A stretch of DNA of 64,000 nucleotides from an uncultured Alphaproteobacteria bacterium. GTDB taxonomy: Bacteria > Pseudomonadota > Alphaproteobacteria > HIMB59 > GCA-002718135. The DNA is taken from contig CACPNW010000006.1 in assembly GCA_902635455.1 (NCBI GenBank), forward strand, positions 961-64,960, given 5' to 3'. Of the stretch, positions 1-11,547 are shown one piece after another (positions within the stretch are counted from its first letter, which is position 1; the number at the start of each line of letters is the position of its first letter). A program made the translations under genes and the position numbers. Below the pieces are notes generated by a model. The model was not told the origin of the DNA. It was given only the letters and a program-made list of their open reading frames with translations, and ran no database searches.

Positions 1-644
1 TTTTTTATTCTTTCTTTAATTGAAGATGATGTTTCTTTAGATTGTATAATTTCATTATAGAGAGATATAGTTTTTTCATCTTGATTGGGTGCAATATTAT
101 TTATGTCCTGTTTTGCAACAGCTAATAAGTATTTTAATTCTAATTTGATACCCCTATAATTTTCTAGATCATCATTTATATTTTCAATAAATAAATTAAT
201 TTTAGAGATAAGATTTAAATTAGATGTTTCAAATAATAAATTAATAAAATTATAAGATGCATGAGCAGAAATTGCAGATTTGTATGTTGAATTAAGTTTT
301 TTATTATTTATTAATTCAAAATAATTTTTTTCAGCTAAAATTAATTCATTTTCTTTTATATTAATATTTATTATTTCTAAAAAAGACAATACTGAATAAA
401 AGTCATTATTTTTAGAAAGATTTTCCATTATACTATAAAATTCTTTATTGGGTTCCATCTCTTTAGATTTAAAATATGTTAAGCTATTTTTATTTATATT
501 TTGCAAATTTATATATTTGTATGCCTGGTAACCAATAAAAATAATAAAAATTATAAATAATCCAATTAATATAGATTTAAAATTGTCTTTTATTAATTTG
601 TTAAATAAATAAATATAATTATTTGGTGCTATTTTATTATTCAT
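1..644 (-). CDS. Membrane-anchored hypothetical protein, YfgM/TPR-like (partial, runs off window start)
   Basis: Not in ORF track; ATG at 644 overlaps the redoxin stop; reads MNNKIAPNNYIYLFNKLIKDNFKSILIGLFIIFIIFIGYQAY..., one N-terminal TM helix. Confidence 0.6.
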   Translation of the reverse strand, partial: MNNKIAPNNYIYLFNKLIKDNFKSILIGLFIIFIIFIGYQAYKYINLQNINKNSLTYFKSKEMEPNKEFYSIMENLSKNNDFYSVLSFLEIININIKENELILAEKNYFELINNKKLNSTYKSAISAHASYNFINLLFETSNLNLISKINLFIENINDDLENYRGIKLELKYLLAVAKQDINNIAPNQDEKTISLYNEIIQSKETSSSIKERIK

Positions 645-1194
645 TATCTTTCCATTTAATTGAACATCCAAAACTATTGTATTGTTTTCCTGGTGCTATA
701 TTATTTTTTTTAATCTCAATCATAGAATTGTAAAGTTCACGCTCTATTTTTTTTTCTTTAGAGTTAATTACACCTGAATCTAATCTTCCTCTATACTGAA
801 GAATTAGGTTCTTATCAAAACCAAAAATATCCGGAGTACACACTGCTCCAAATTGCCTAGCTATATTTTGCGTTTCATCATATAAATAAGGGAATTTAAA
901 ATCAAATTTTTTTGCAAACTTAATCATATTTTCAAAAGAATCTTCTGGGTATTGATTTTGGTCATTTGACATAATGCAAATAGTATTAATATTTAGTTTT
1001 TTTAATTCATTTGCTTCAAAACTTAACCTCTTAGCTATTGCAATAACATATGGGCAATGATTGCAAATAAATGCAATAACAGTACCATTTTTACCCTTTA
1101 AAACATCTAAAGAGTAGTTCCTTTTATCAATATTTAAAAGATTAAAATTAGAGGCTTTCCATCCTAATTTATCATTCGGAGCATTTACAGACAT
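637..1194 (-). CDS. Thioredoxin-like/AhpC-TSA family redoxin
   Basis: FICNHCPYV motif, AVCTPD, YRGRLD, GCSIKW; likely start MSVNAP at 1194 (track start 1254 overlaps the next gene). Confidence 0.85.
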   Translation of the reverse strand: MSVNAPNDKLGWKASNFNLLNIDKRNYSLDVLKGKNGTVIAFICNHCPYVIAIAKRLSFEANELKKLNINTICIMSNDQNQYPEDSFENMIKFAKKFDFKFPYLYDETQNIARQFGAVCTPDIFGFDKNLILQYRGRLDSGVINSKEKKIERELYNSMIEIKKNNIAPGKQYNSFGCSIKWKDNE

Positions 1195-1219
1195 ATCTTT
1201 TTTGTTATAATAATTTAAT

Positions 1220-1549
1220 ATGAACTTAGTAGCATCAAGAAGCAACATAAACAATTCTAAATTGTATTTTTCTAAATCAGAACTCAGTAAAATTCTTAAT
1301 TGTTATTCATTAGGAGTTTCTAAAGGTAATTGGAAAGATTATGCTATTGATTTTAATAAAAACGAAGCAACCTTTTTTATATACAAACATTCATGGGCAA
1401 CTCCTTATTGTGTTTTAATAAAGTCTAAAGAAGTTAAAAAAAGGAAAATTACTTATGGATTATCATTAAGTAATGCCAAGAAGAGTAATTTTAGTGATAT
1501 AGATAAATTAATTAAATATTTAAGAAGAAAACAACTCAAAATTATTTAA
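1220..1549 (+). CDS. DUF2794 family protein
   Basis: F.K.EL..IL..Y...V..G.WKDYAID pattern typical of alphaproteobacterial DUF2794. Confidence 0.7.
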   Translation: MNLVASRSNINNSKLYFSKSELSKILNCYSLGVSKGNWKDYAIDFNKNEATFFIYKHSWATPYCVLIKSKEVKKRKITYGLSLSNAKKSNFSDIDKLIKYLRRKQLKII

Positions 1550-1553
1550 ATTA

Positions 1554-3098
1554 TTACTCCCACTCAATAGTACCAGGTGGCTTTGATGTAAAGTCATATA
1601 ATACTCTGTTAATGCCATCAATATTATTGATAATTCTGCTAGATATTTCACTTAAATCTTTTTTATTAAACATATAAAAATCAGCTGTCATGCCATCTAC
1701 CGATGTTACAGCTCTTATAGAAACACAATATTTATATGTTCTTTGATCACCCATTACACCAACAGACTTAACAGGCAAAAGAATTGCAAATGCTTGCCAA
1801 ATTTTATAGTATATATTTTTTTCCTTCAGATAAGATATAAAAACTTCATCAACGTCTTGAAGTAATTTTATTTTATGATAATTTATTTTCCCAGGAATTC
1901 GTATTGCTAAGCCAGGACCTGGAAAAGGATGTCTGTTAAGCAAGCTCTTACTAATATTTAATTTTTTTCCAAGTATTCTAACTTCATCTTTAAATAACTC
2001 TTTTAATGGCTCTATAACTTTTAAGTTCATTTTTTTAGGCAGTCCCCCAACATTATGGTGACTTTTAATTTTTGCAGTTGGCCCTCCGAAATAGGGAATA
2101 CTTTCAATAATATCGGGATACAGTGTACCTTGGGCTAAAAAATTTATATTTTTTAATCTTTTTGACTCTTTTTCAAAAACCTCAATAAAAGTTTTTCCAA
2201 TAATTTTTCTTTTCTTCTCTGGATCACTAACTTTTGAAAGTTTTTTAATAAAAAGCTTTGAAGCATTAATCTTGTAAAAATTTTTTTTAAATTTTTTCTT
2301 ATAACTATTAGAAACTTCTTCTGATTCATTTTTTCTAAGAAGTCCGTGATCTACAAAAATGCAATATAAATTATTTCCAATAGCCTTATGTAATAAATAT
2401 GCAGTTACAGTAGAATCAACACCACCTGATAAAGCACAAATAACTTTATTATTTGATAATTTTCTTTTTAAATAATTAATTTTATTTTTTAAAAAATCAT
2501 CTATTATAAATTTATTATTAATTCTACAAATTTTGAATAAAAAATTATTTATAATTTTTTTACCGTTAATTGTATGAAAAACTTCTGGATGAAATTGCAA
2601 ACCGTATAATTTTTTATTGTCATTTTCTATAGACGAAATAATGTTATTATTTGAGATTGATGTTATTTGAAAATCAACTGGTATTTTATCTACACTATCA
2701 CCATGAGACATCCATACTTGATTATTTTTTTTTTTATAACCTGTAAATAGTTTAGAATTTTTTATAATTGATATTTTTGCATGACCATATTCTCTTGTTT
2801 TTGAACGTTTAAGCTTTCCACCGTTTAAGTGGCAAATTAATTGCAAGCCATAACATATTCCGAGTAAGGGAATATTTAAATTAAATATAAATTTGTTTAT
2901 TTTTGGAGACTTTTTGTCCAATAATGAATTTGGCCCACCTGATAAAATAATACCATAAGGATTGACTGACTTTAAATACTTTAAATTTATTTTATTATAG
3001 GGACAAACTATACTAAACACTTTTAGTTCTCTTATTTTTCTTGCGATTAACTGTGTATACTGAGATCCATAATCAACAATTAAAATTTTTTGATCCAT
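1554..3098 (-). CDS. guaA: GMP synthase (glutamine-hydrolysing)
   Basis: DYGSQYTQLIAR, GICYG, QFHPEV, SGGVDS, IKSHHNVGGLP, KPPGTIEWE. Confidence 0.98.
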   Translation of the reverse strand: MDQKILIVDYGSQYTQLIARKIRELKVFSIVCPYNKINLKYLKSVNPYGIILSGGPNSLLDKKSPKINKFIFNLNIPLLGICYGLQLICHLNGGKLKRSKTREYGHAKISIIKNSKLFTGYKKKNNQVWMSHGDSVDKIPVDFQITSISNNNIISSIENDNKKLYGLQFHPEVFHTINGKKIINNFLFKICRINNKFIIDDFLKNKINYLKRKLSNNKVICALSGGVDSTVTAYLLHKAIGNNLYCIFVDHGLLRKNESEEVSNSYKKKFKKNFYKINASKLFIKKLSKVSDPEKKRKIIGKTFIEVFEKESKRLKNINFLAQGTLYPDIIESIPYFGGPTAKIKSHHNVGGLPKKMNLKVIEPLKELFKDEVRILGKKLNISKSLLNRHPFPGPGLAIRIPGKINYHKIKLLQDVDEVFISYLKEKNIYYKIWQAFAILLPVKSVGVMGDQRTYKYCVSIRAVTSVDGMTADFYMFNKKDLSEISSRIINNIDGINRVLYDFTSKPPGTIEWE

Positions 3099-3107
3099 AT
3101 ATATACT

Positions 3108-3698
3108 CTAGATTATAAAATCTTGAGCGACAATAAATATTTCTGAAGAATCTTTTCTAGAAGCATTAGGTTTAAAGTAGGTAACCTTTTGAAATTGAGA
3201 TTTTAATTTTTCAATAATTAATTTTTCTTCTGTTCCTTTCCAAATCTTAATTACAAAATTAGTATTTTTATAGGCAATTAAATTTAACAAATCAATTATA
3301 TCGTGAATATATGTAGAAATTCTAAGGTGATCGGTAGATTTATGTCCTGTTGTATTTGGGGCAATATCCGACAATATTAAATCATATTTTTTGTTCAAAG
3401 ATTTATAATCAATAGTTTTAAAATCTTTTTTTATAAATTGTATATTACCATGTTTTAATTTCATTTCACTCAAATCTATTGCAGTTATTTTAGCATTAAT
3501 ATTACATTCTAAAATAACTTGGCACCATCCACCAGGAGATGAACCAAATTCAATAATATTATTTGATTTTCTAATAAAATGAAATTTTTTTTCAATTTCT
3601 AATAATTTAAATGAAGCTCTTGATAAATATCCTTTATTTTGTGCTTTTATTACAAAAGGATCATTTTTTTGACGATTTAACCATTCTTTGGACTTCAT
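3108..3698 (-). CDS. rlmE: 23S rRNA Um2552 2'-O-methyltransferase
   Basis: YLSRASFKL, G.SPGGW, LSDIAPNTTG, KP.ASR..SSE. Confidence 0.92.
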   Translation of the reverse strand: MKSKEWLNRQKNDPFVIKAQNKGYLSRASFKLLEIEKKFHFIRKSNNIIEFGSSPGGWCQVILECNINAKITAIDLSEMKLKHGNIQFIKKDFKTIDYKSLNKKYDLILSDIAPNTTGHKSTDHLRISTYIHDIIDLLNLIAYKNTNFVIKIWKGTEEKLIIEKLKSQFQKVTYFKPNASRKDSSEIFIVAQDFII

Positions 3699-3751
3699 TA
3701 TATTGTTTTTTTAAAGAACTAATTTATATAACCTGATTATAAAAATCATAT

Positions 3752-4978
3752 ATGAAAAGTTCAATAATTATTTCAACATTAATTTTTTTAGCTGTAATTG
3801 GTTGGATTGCATCAGGTCAGATAACTAAAGTCAATGCACAAAGCGAAAATGAAACTAAAACTTCTGAAAATCCCAACGAAGATATCAAAAATGATGGTTA
3901 TAGTTCAAATAAAGCTGAAATTAAAACTTTCACATTTACACAAATAGACCAATCGATTGAATTGCAGGGTCAAACTATTTATAATAAAAAAATTGATGTT
4001 AAATCTGAAACAACTGGAAACATAGTTAAAATTAATTTTAACAGAGGTAATAATGTAAATAAAAATTCAGAATTAATAAAAATTTCAATGGAAAACAGAA
4101 TTGAACTATTAAATAGCCGCAAAAAAGATCTTGAAAGATTAAATAAGGAATTAAAACTTAATGAAAAAAATAAAAATAATTTACTTTCTCAAAATAAGGA
4201 ACTTATAAAACTTTATGAAATTGAATACGCTTCTGCAAAACAGTTGATTGACAAGGGATTAAGTTCTAAATCTAAACTAAGCTTAGCATCATTTAATTTA
4301 GCCAATGCAAAAGCAGATCAAAAAGATATTGAAATTAAATTTGAATCACAACTTTCAAACATTGAGTCACAAATAGCTAATGTAAAATCAGATTTAAAAA
4401 ATATTGAACTTGATATTGAAAATACTAATATAACTGCGCCATTTGATGGTATAATTTCTGAAAAAATTGTAGAAATTAGTGAATTTATAACTCCTGGAAA
4501 CATACTTTTTACAATAATTGATTTGAACCCAATTAAGGTACAAGGTTATTTATCTGAATACGATGTAAATAAAGTTCAAATAGGTACTAAAACTATAATT
4601 GAAAATAGTAATGGCGTTAAAAAAGATGGAAAAATTACATTCATATCACCATCAGCTGAAACTAGTACAAGAACCTTTGAAATTACTATAGAAGCAGATA
4701 ATTCAGATTTGTCTTTTAAAAGTGGAATAACTACAAAAATTATAATTGAGGGTTCTGAATTAAAAGCACATAAAATACCTCCCGCTATACTAACTCTTTT
4801 AGATGATGGAACAGTAGGTGTTAAAGCTGTAGATAAAGATAAAAAAGTTATTTTTTTCCCTACATTAACCGTGAAAGATACAGTTGATGGTATGTGGGTG
4901 ACTGGTTTGCCTGATACTGTTGATTTAATTATTACTGGTCAAGAATACGTAAGTATTGGTGACAACATTTCAGACTAA
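3752..4978 (+). CDS. RND efflux periplasmic adaptor (membrane fusion protein)
   Basis: N-terminal anchor, long coiled coil, ITAPFDG, TRTF motifs; directly upstream of RND permease. Confidence 0.9.
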   Translation: MKSSIIISTLIFLAVIGWIASGQITKVNAQSENETKTSENPNEDIKNDGYSSNKAEIKTFTFTQIDQSIELQGQTIYNKKIDVKSETTGNIVKINFNRGNNVNKNSELIKISMENRIELLNSRKKDLERLNKELKLNEKNKNNLLSQNKELIKLYEIEYASAKQLIDKGLSSKSKLSLASFNLANAKADQKDIEIKFESQLSNIESQIANVKSDLKNIELDIENTNITAPFDGIISEKIVEISEFITPGNILFTIIDLNPIKVQGYLSEYDVNKVQIGTKTIIENSNGVKKDGKITFISPSAETSTRTFEITIEADNSDLSFKSGITTKIIIEGSELKAHKIPPAILTLLDDGTVGVKAVDKDKKVIFFPTLTVKDTVDGMWVTGLPDTVDLIITGQEYVSIGDNISD

Positions 4979-4987
4979 TTAATTTAA

Positions 4988-7900
4988 ATGAATATAATTG
5001 ATTTTGCTTTATCTCATGCAAGAGTTTTTGTTGGTATTTTATTTTTCATTATTATATCTGGTGCAACAACTTATATTAGTATTCCTAAAGAAGCATCTCC
5101 AGACGTAAATATACCCATAATCTATATTTCACTTCATCAAAATGGAATTTCTCCAGAAGACTCAGAAAGATTACTTGTTAAGCCTGTGGAAGATGAGGTT
5201 AAAACAGTTGAGGGCGTAAAAGAAATCAGATCAACAGCTTATGCAGGTGGTGGAAATGTCTTACTAGAATTTGATCCAGGATTTGATGCAGATAAAGCAA
5301 TGGAAGATGTTAGGGCAAAAGTTGATAGAGCTAAAGGTGAGCTGCCAAGTGAAGCTGATGAACCAACAGTTAATGAAGTTAATATAAGTACCTTTCCAAT
5401 ACTTTTAATTTCATTAGTTGGAGATTTACCTGATAGAACTCTTCAAGATCTTGGTGAGATCTTGCAAGAAGAAATTGAAACAATTCCGAGTGTTTTAGAA
5501 GCTAAAATTGGTGGAAAAAGAAATGAACAAGTCGAAATACTAATAAACACAACTGCATTAGAGGGCTATGATATAAATCTTCAAAATTTAATTAGTACAG
5601 TGCGTCAAAATAATATGATGATATCAGCAGGGGGGCAGGATACTGGCGATGGAAGCTTTAGCATTAAAGTACCAGGACTTTACGAAACCATTGAAGATGT
5701 TTTAAATACTCCAATTAAAACTTTTGGAGAATCAGTTATAACTTTTAGAGATATAGCAAAAGTAAAGAGAACTTTTGAAGATAGACAGTCATATGCGCAA
5801 GTAAATGGAAAAAATTCAATAACTATAGAAGTATCTAAAAGAATTGGTGAAAATATAATTAAAACAATTGATAGTGTAAAAGAAATAACATCTGAAACTC
5901 TAAATGATTTTCCACCTTCAGTAAAAGTTTTCTACAGTCAAGATAGATCAAAATCTATAAAGGATATGTTAAGCAGTCTTCAGAACAATGTCATTGCAGC
6001 AATTATTCTTGTTTTAATTATTATTCTTGGAGCACTTGGGGTTAGATCAGGTTTGCTAGTAGGAATTTCTATTCCTGGTTCTTTTTTATCTGGATTATTA
6101 GTTCTTTCAGTAATGGGCTTTACTATAAATATTGTTGTATTATTTGCCCTAATTTTATCAGTTGGTTTGCTTGTGGATGGGGCGATCGTTGTAGTTGAAT
6201 ATGCAGACAGAAAAATTAAAGAGGGTTCAACAGTTATAGAAGCTTATGCAAATGCTTCTAAAAAAAATGTCTCTTCCAATTATTTCTTCAACTGCTACAA
6301 CCTTAGCAGCTTTTTTACCATTAATTTTCTGGCCAGGACTAGCTGGGGAATTTATGAAATATCTGCCAATAACTTTAATATGTGTTCTAACATCCTCTTT
6401 ATTTATGGCACTCTTATTTGTGCCAGTACTTGGTACGGTTTTAAATTCAATTTCTAGAATTTTTTTACAAATTATAATTCCTTTAATTTTTGCATTAATA
6501 TTGTTTAATTTAATCTCTTTTGGTATTAAATTTATTAATATAAGAGCATTATTTATACCTTTATTAATTTTAAAATTTTTAATCCCAATAATTGCGTATG
6601 CTTTTGTCTTTATAAAAATTATTCCAAAAATATACAAAATAACAGAAAGAATTAATTCAAAATCATCTAAAATAAGTAACTCAGCTCTTATTTTATCATC
6701 AGAATCAAATGAATCAGTTTTGAAATTAAAAGGTTTTATAGGCTTGTATATAAAATTAATTAATAGATTGCTAAACCATCCAACAAAAGTAATTATAGCG
6801 TCATTAGTTGTTCTATTTTCAGTTATTTTTACATATACAAGACTTGGTTCAGGAGTAGAATTTTTTCCTGAGATAGAACCAGATCTTGCTAAAATTGTAG
6901 TTTATGCAAGAGGAAATCTATCTGTTGAAGAAAAAAGATCTTATGTTGAAAGAGTAGAAAATATAATTTTAGAAAAACAAAATATTAACAATGAGTTTAA
7001 AAATATTTATTCTTTAAGTGGTAATGTTACCGAACAGTCAGAGTCATCAGAAGATTTCATTGGTTCAATTAGTCTTGAATATAATGATTGGAATAAAAGA
7101 AGAAAATCTAAAGTTATATTAAATGAGATTTTAGAAGATGCTAAATCTATAAAAGGTATTAAGGTTGAAACTCGTGAAGATCAAGGGGGCCCGCCAAGAG
7201 GTAAGCCCATTAATATTAAGCTTTCAAGTTTGAATAAAGAATTGCTAATTAAAGAATCAATAAAATTAAAAAAATTTATAGATAATTATCCTGGTTTAAT
7301 GAACATTGAAGATAACTTACCAGCACCTGGTATTGAATGGGAAATAAACGTAGATAGAAAACAAGCTTCTAAATTTGGTGTAAATATTGAATCAATAGGA
7401 AATGTAATTAAATTAGCAACTAATGGTTTAAAGCTTGGTGAATATAGGCCTGATGACTCAAATAATAGTATACCACTCTACTTACGATATCCAAACGAAG
7501 GTAGAACTTTAGATGCTATTGAGAACCTTAGAATATCAACTGAAAGTGGTCTTGTCCCTATTAGTAATTTTGTCGAAATTATTCCTAGTAATAGAACAGG
7601 TAATATTAGTAGGGTAAATTCTAAAAATTCTATTAATATTAAGGCTGATGTTGAACCTGGTATATATGGTGACTCGAAAGTTAAAGAATTAGAATTTGTT
7701 TTAGGCATAACAAAGACACCTCCTACATACAGAGGTAGGCCTATGAGCAATCTTATTAAATACGATCTCAATCCAAATGTTAAAGCAAAACTAATTGGAG
7801 AAAATGAAAATCAAAAAGAGGCGCAAAGGTTTTTGACAAAAGCTTTTGGAGTTGCGTTATTTATAATGTTAATAATTTTGCTACTTCAATTTAATAGTTT

Positions 7901-8381
7901 TTACAGTGGATTTTTAATACTATTTGCAGTTTTAATGTCTACAGCGGGGGTTTTAATAGGTTTGATGATAACAGGGCAGGCTTTTGGTATTGTTATGACA
8001 GGTGTTGGAGTTATAGCCCTGGCTGGAATTGTGGTTAATAATAATATTATACTTATTGATACTTATGATTTTTTAAAAACTAAATCTAGTAACATAAAAG
8101 AAGCTATAATTAAAACTGGAGCGCAGCGTTTAAGGCCCGTTCTATTAACAACAACAACTACAGTTTTAGGGCTTCTTCCAATGGTAACAATGACAAATGT
8201 TGATTTTGTAACCCGTGAAGTTACAAGAGGGTCACCAGATACACAATGGTGGGTAGGACTTTCAACAGCTATTGTTTTTGGTTTAATATTTGCAACAGTG
8301 CTTACGTTAATAGTTACTCCATCTGCTTTAATGTTAAGAGAAAACCTAAAAAATTGGTATAAAAATAAAGTTTCTAGATAA
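4988..8381 (+). pseudogene. AcrB/AcrD/AcrF-family RND permease split by a +1 frameshift in an A8 run at 6260-6267 (real lesion, slippage site or sequencing error)
   Basis: ORF 4988-6457 (IPKEASPD, VGLLVDGAIVVVE) continues in frame 6246-8381 (MSLPIISSTATTLAAF, GIVVNNNIILID, RLRPVLLT); removing one A joins them into about 1130 aa. Confidence 0.85.
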
Positions 8382-9090
8382 AATTTTTATAAACAGTATA
8401 AAATATTGTAAAAATATATAAAATCATAATTGATACCAATGTAAGCCACAGCTTTGATATTAAAAATATACAAATAAGAATTAGTATTAGTAATATCCAA
8501 GGCTTATATTTTTCATTAAAATTTAAACTTTTGATAGAAAATGTTGGAATTTTACTAATCATTAAAAATCCAACAATTATAATATTAATAAAGTTTAAAT
8601 AACCGTTATTTAATAAAAAAAATTCATATTCAAAAAATATAAATAAAGGAAGTAAAACTAAGCCTGCTGCAGCTGGTGAAGGAACGCCAGTAAAATAAGA
8701 TTTATTATCAATAGGTTTATTTGTTATATATATATCCGCAGTAAATCTAGCTAATCTAAGTGCCGAGCATATTACAAAAAATAGTGTTGCAGCCCAACCA
8801 AGAGAGCCTAAAGAGTGTGTTGACCATAAAAATATTAATATACTAGGTGCTACACCAAATGAAACAAAGTCACTTAATGAATCAAGTTCAGCTCCAAAAT
8901 TACTATCTTTTTTTAGCTTTCTAGCAAACCACCCGTCAAAAAAATCAAAAACTGATGCTAAGAGAATTAAATAAATAGCAATTCTCCATTCATATATTAG
9001 TGAAAATCTTATTGAAGTAAGACCGCTAATAAGAGAAAATATCGTTACAATATTAGGAATGTACTTTACAACGTAATTATGTTTTTCCAT
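8374..9090 (-). CDS. pssA: CDP-diacylglycerol--serine O-phosphatidyltransferase
   Basis: DFFDG..AR...G.ELDSLSD CDP-alcohol phosphotransferase motif, LRLARF, FTGVPSP; coupled to psd. Confidence 0.92.
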   Translation of the reverse strand: MEKHNYVVKYIPNIVTIFSLISGLTSIRFSLIYEWRIAIYLILLASVFDFFDGWFARKLKKDSNFGAELDSLSDFVSFGVAPSILIFLWSTHSLGSLGWAATLFFVICSALRLARFTADIYITNKPIDNKSYFTGVPSPAAAGLVLLPLFIFFEYEFFLLNNGYLNFINIIIVGFLMISKIPTFSIKSLNFNEKYKPWILLILILICIFLISKLWLTLVSIMILYIFTIFYTVYKNFI

Positions 9091-9758
9091 TATTTTCTTG
9101 TGAAAGAAACAATCTCATTGATTTTATTTGGATTAGAAATAATTGTCTCTCCCCCAATAACTAACTGATCTTTTGTTATCATTGGCTTATAACTTTCAGG
9201 AAGATAAATATCTACTCTGCTGCCAAATTTAATAATTCCAAATCTATCACCTTTAATTACTTCTTGATTCAAACTTAAATCACAAACAATTCTTCTAGCA
9301 ATTAATCCTGCAATTTGAGAAACAACAATATGTTCTTTTTTTTCATTTTCTATTAATATTATATTTCTTTCATTTTCTTTGCTTGATTTATCTATATTTG
9401 CTCTAAAAAATTTACCAGGAATATATTTTATATCAATAATTTTTCCTGATACTGGAATTCTGTTTACATGAACGTTATACAAATCTAAAAAAATGCTAAT
9501 TTTAATAGATTTTTTTTTAATATTTAATTCCTCTGGTAAATCAGATTCACCTATATAAACAATTTGCCCATCGGCAGGTGAAATTACAACATCATCATTT
9601 GGTATAGATCTAATTGGATCTCTAAAAAAATAAAATATACAAATTGATAAAAAGCCTAAAAAAATACCTAAAATATTAAAAAAAGGGATAACAATTATTG
9701 TTATAATAATTGAAGAAACAAGGTATACCCATCCTTCGTTATGTATTTTTAAATGCAT
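9090..9758 (-). CDS. psd: Phosphatidylserine decarboxylase proenzyme
   Basis: FFRDP, SPADG, VHVNR.P, FGSRVD autocleavage motif. Confidence 0.95.
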   Translation of the reverse strand: MHLKIHNEGWVYLVSSIIITIIVIPFFNILGIFLGFLSICIFYFFRDPIRSIPNDDVVISPADGQIVYIGESDLPEELNIKKKSIKISIFLDLYNVHVNRIPVSGKIIDIKYIPGKFFRANIDKSSKENERNIILIENEKKEHIVVSQIAGLIARRIVCDLSLNQEVIKGDRFGIIKFGSRVDIYLPESYKPMITKDQLVIGGETIISNPNKINEIVSFTRK

Positions 9759-9790
9759 ATCTTTTTTAATATTTTGCTACATATATAATT

Positions 9791-10342
9791 ATGAATATAA
9801 AATCTCTAACTATTTACTGTTCTTCATCAAATAATTTACAACCTGAATTTTATGAAATTACTGAAGAAATAACTGAGATAATAGCAAAAAACAAATATTC
9901 AATTGTTTATGGAGGTGGCAAAGTTGGATTAATGGGCATTATTGCTAAAAAAGCTTTAAATTTAGGTATAAAAGTAACTGGAGTTATTCCTCAATTTTTG
10001 AATACTAAAGAAATAATGTTTGAAGAAATAAATAAATTAATAATAACTAAAGATATGCATGAAAGAAAAAAACTTTTATTTGATCTAGGAGATGCTTTTA
10101 TAGCTCTTCCAGGAGGTACAGGAACAATAGAAGAAATCGTAGAAATAATTTCGTGGAAGGTGTTAGGCTTACATAAGAAGCCAATTATTTTTTTTAATAT
10201 AAATAATTTTTGGGATCCAATATTAAAACAGTTTAAAATAATTAATGAATATAAATTTGGAGAAATAAATTTACAAAATATTTATCAGACTATAGACACT
10301 ACTCAAGAATTAAATCATATTCTAAAATTATGGAAAAAATAA
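9791..10342 (+). CDS. LOG family nucleotide phosphoribohydrolase (TIGR00730)
   Basis: YGGG..GLMG, MHERK, PGGTGT.EE. Confidence 0.9.
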   Translation: MNIKSLTIYCSSSNNLQPEFYEITEEITEIIAKNKYSIVYGGGKVGLMGIIAKKALNLGIKVTGVIPQFLNTKEIMFEEINKLIITKDMHERKKLLFDLGDAFIALPGGTGTIEEIVEIISWKVLGLHKKPIIFFNINNFWDPILKQFKIINEYKFGEINLQNIYQTIDTTQELNHILKLWKK

Positions 10343-11547
10343 AAGTAGCTAATCCCGTTGTAGAAATTAACGGAGATGAAATGACTAGAATTATCTGGGA
10401 ATATATTAAGGATCAGTTAATTTTACCATATTTAGATATTAAAATTAAATATTTTGATCTTGGCATTGAAAGTAGAAATAATACTAATGATCAAATTACT
10501 ATTGAAGCTGCAGAATCAGTAAAAAAATATGGTGTGGGAATAAAGTGTGCAACAATTACACCTGACGAAGATCGGGTAAAGGAATTTCAATTAAAACAAA
10601 TGTGGAGATCTCCAAATGGTACAATAAGAAACATACTTGGAGGTACAATATTTAGACAACCGATAATTTGTAAAAATGTTCCAAGGATCATCACTAATTG
10701 GAATAAACCTATTATAGTTGCTAGACATGCATTTGGAGATCAATACAAGGCGACAGATACAATAATAGATAAGCCAGGTACACTTAAGATGGTTTTTCAA
10801 CCTAATGATGGGTCTAATGGTTTTACAAAAGATGTATATGATTTTGAAAAAGCGGGTGTAGCATTATCAATGTACAATCTTGATGATTCAATAAAAGATT
10901 TTGCAAGAGCATGCTTTAATTACGGTCTTGATTTAGGTTGGCCTGTATATCTATCAACTAAAAACACTATTTTAAAAATTTATGATGGTAGATTTAAAGA
11001 TTTGTTTCAAGAAATTTTTGATAATGAATTTAAAGATAAATTTATTGAAAAAAATATTGTTTATGAGCACAGATTAATTGATGATATGGTTGCATCTGCA
11101 CTTAAGTGGGAAGGTAATTTTATTTGGGCCTGTAAGAACTATGATGGAGATGTACAGTCTGACTCTGTAGCTCAAGGTTTTGGCTCATTAGGGTTAATGA
11201 CAAGTGTTTTGATGACTCCTGATGGCAAGACTGTTGAAGCAGAAGCCGCTCATGGAACAGTTACAAGACATTTTAGAGATCATCAAAAAGGTTTAGAAAC
11301 TTCAACTAATCCTATAGCTTCGATATTTGCTTGGACACGAGGGCTTCAATTTAGAGGAAAATTTGATTCAAATAATGAATTAATTAAATTTGCAAAAAAT
11401 TTAGAAAACACATGCATAAGCACGGTAGAAAATGGACAAATGACAAAAGATTTAGCTATTTTAATTAACAAAGATCAGAAATGGTTAAATACCCAAGATT
11501 TCCTTAGTGCTATAAAAAATAATTTTAGTTCAATTAATACTAATTAG
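10330..11547 (+). CDS. icd: NADP-dependent isocitrate dehydrogenase
   Basis: [39 protein letters not shown]. Confidence 0.97.
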   Translation: MEKIKVANPVVEINGDEMTRIIWEYIKDQLILPYLDIKIKYFDLGIESRNNTNDQITIEAAESVKKYGVGIKCATITPDEDRVKEFQLKQMWRSPNGTIRNILGGTIFRQPIICKNVPRIITNWNKPIIVARHAFGDQYKATDTIIDKPGTLKMVFQPNDGSNGFTKDVYDFEKAGVALSMYNLDDSIKDFARACFNYGLDLGWPVYLSTKNTILKIYDGRFKDLFQEIFDNEFKDKFIEKNIVYEHRLIDDMVASALKWEGNFIWACKNYDGDVQSDSVAQGFGSLGLMTSVLMTPDGKTVEAEAAHGTVTRHFRDHQKGLETSTNPIASIFAWTRGLQFRGKFDSNNELIKFAKNLENTCISTVENGQMTKDLAILINKDQKWLNTQDFLSAIKNNFSSINTN

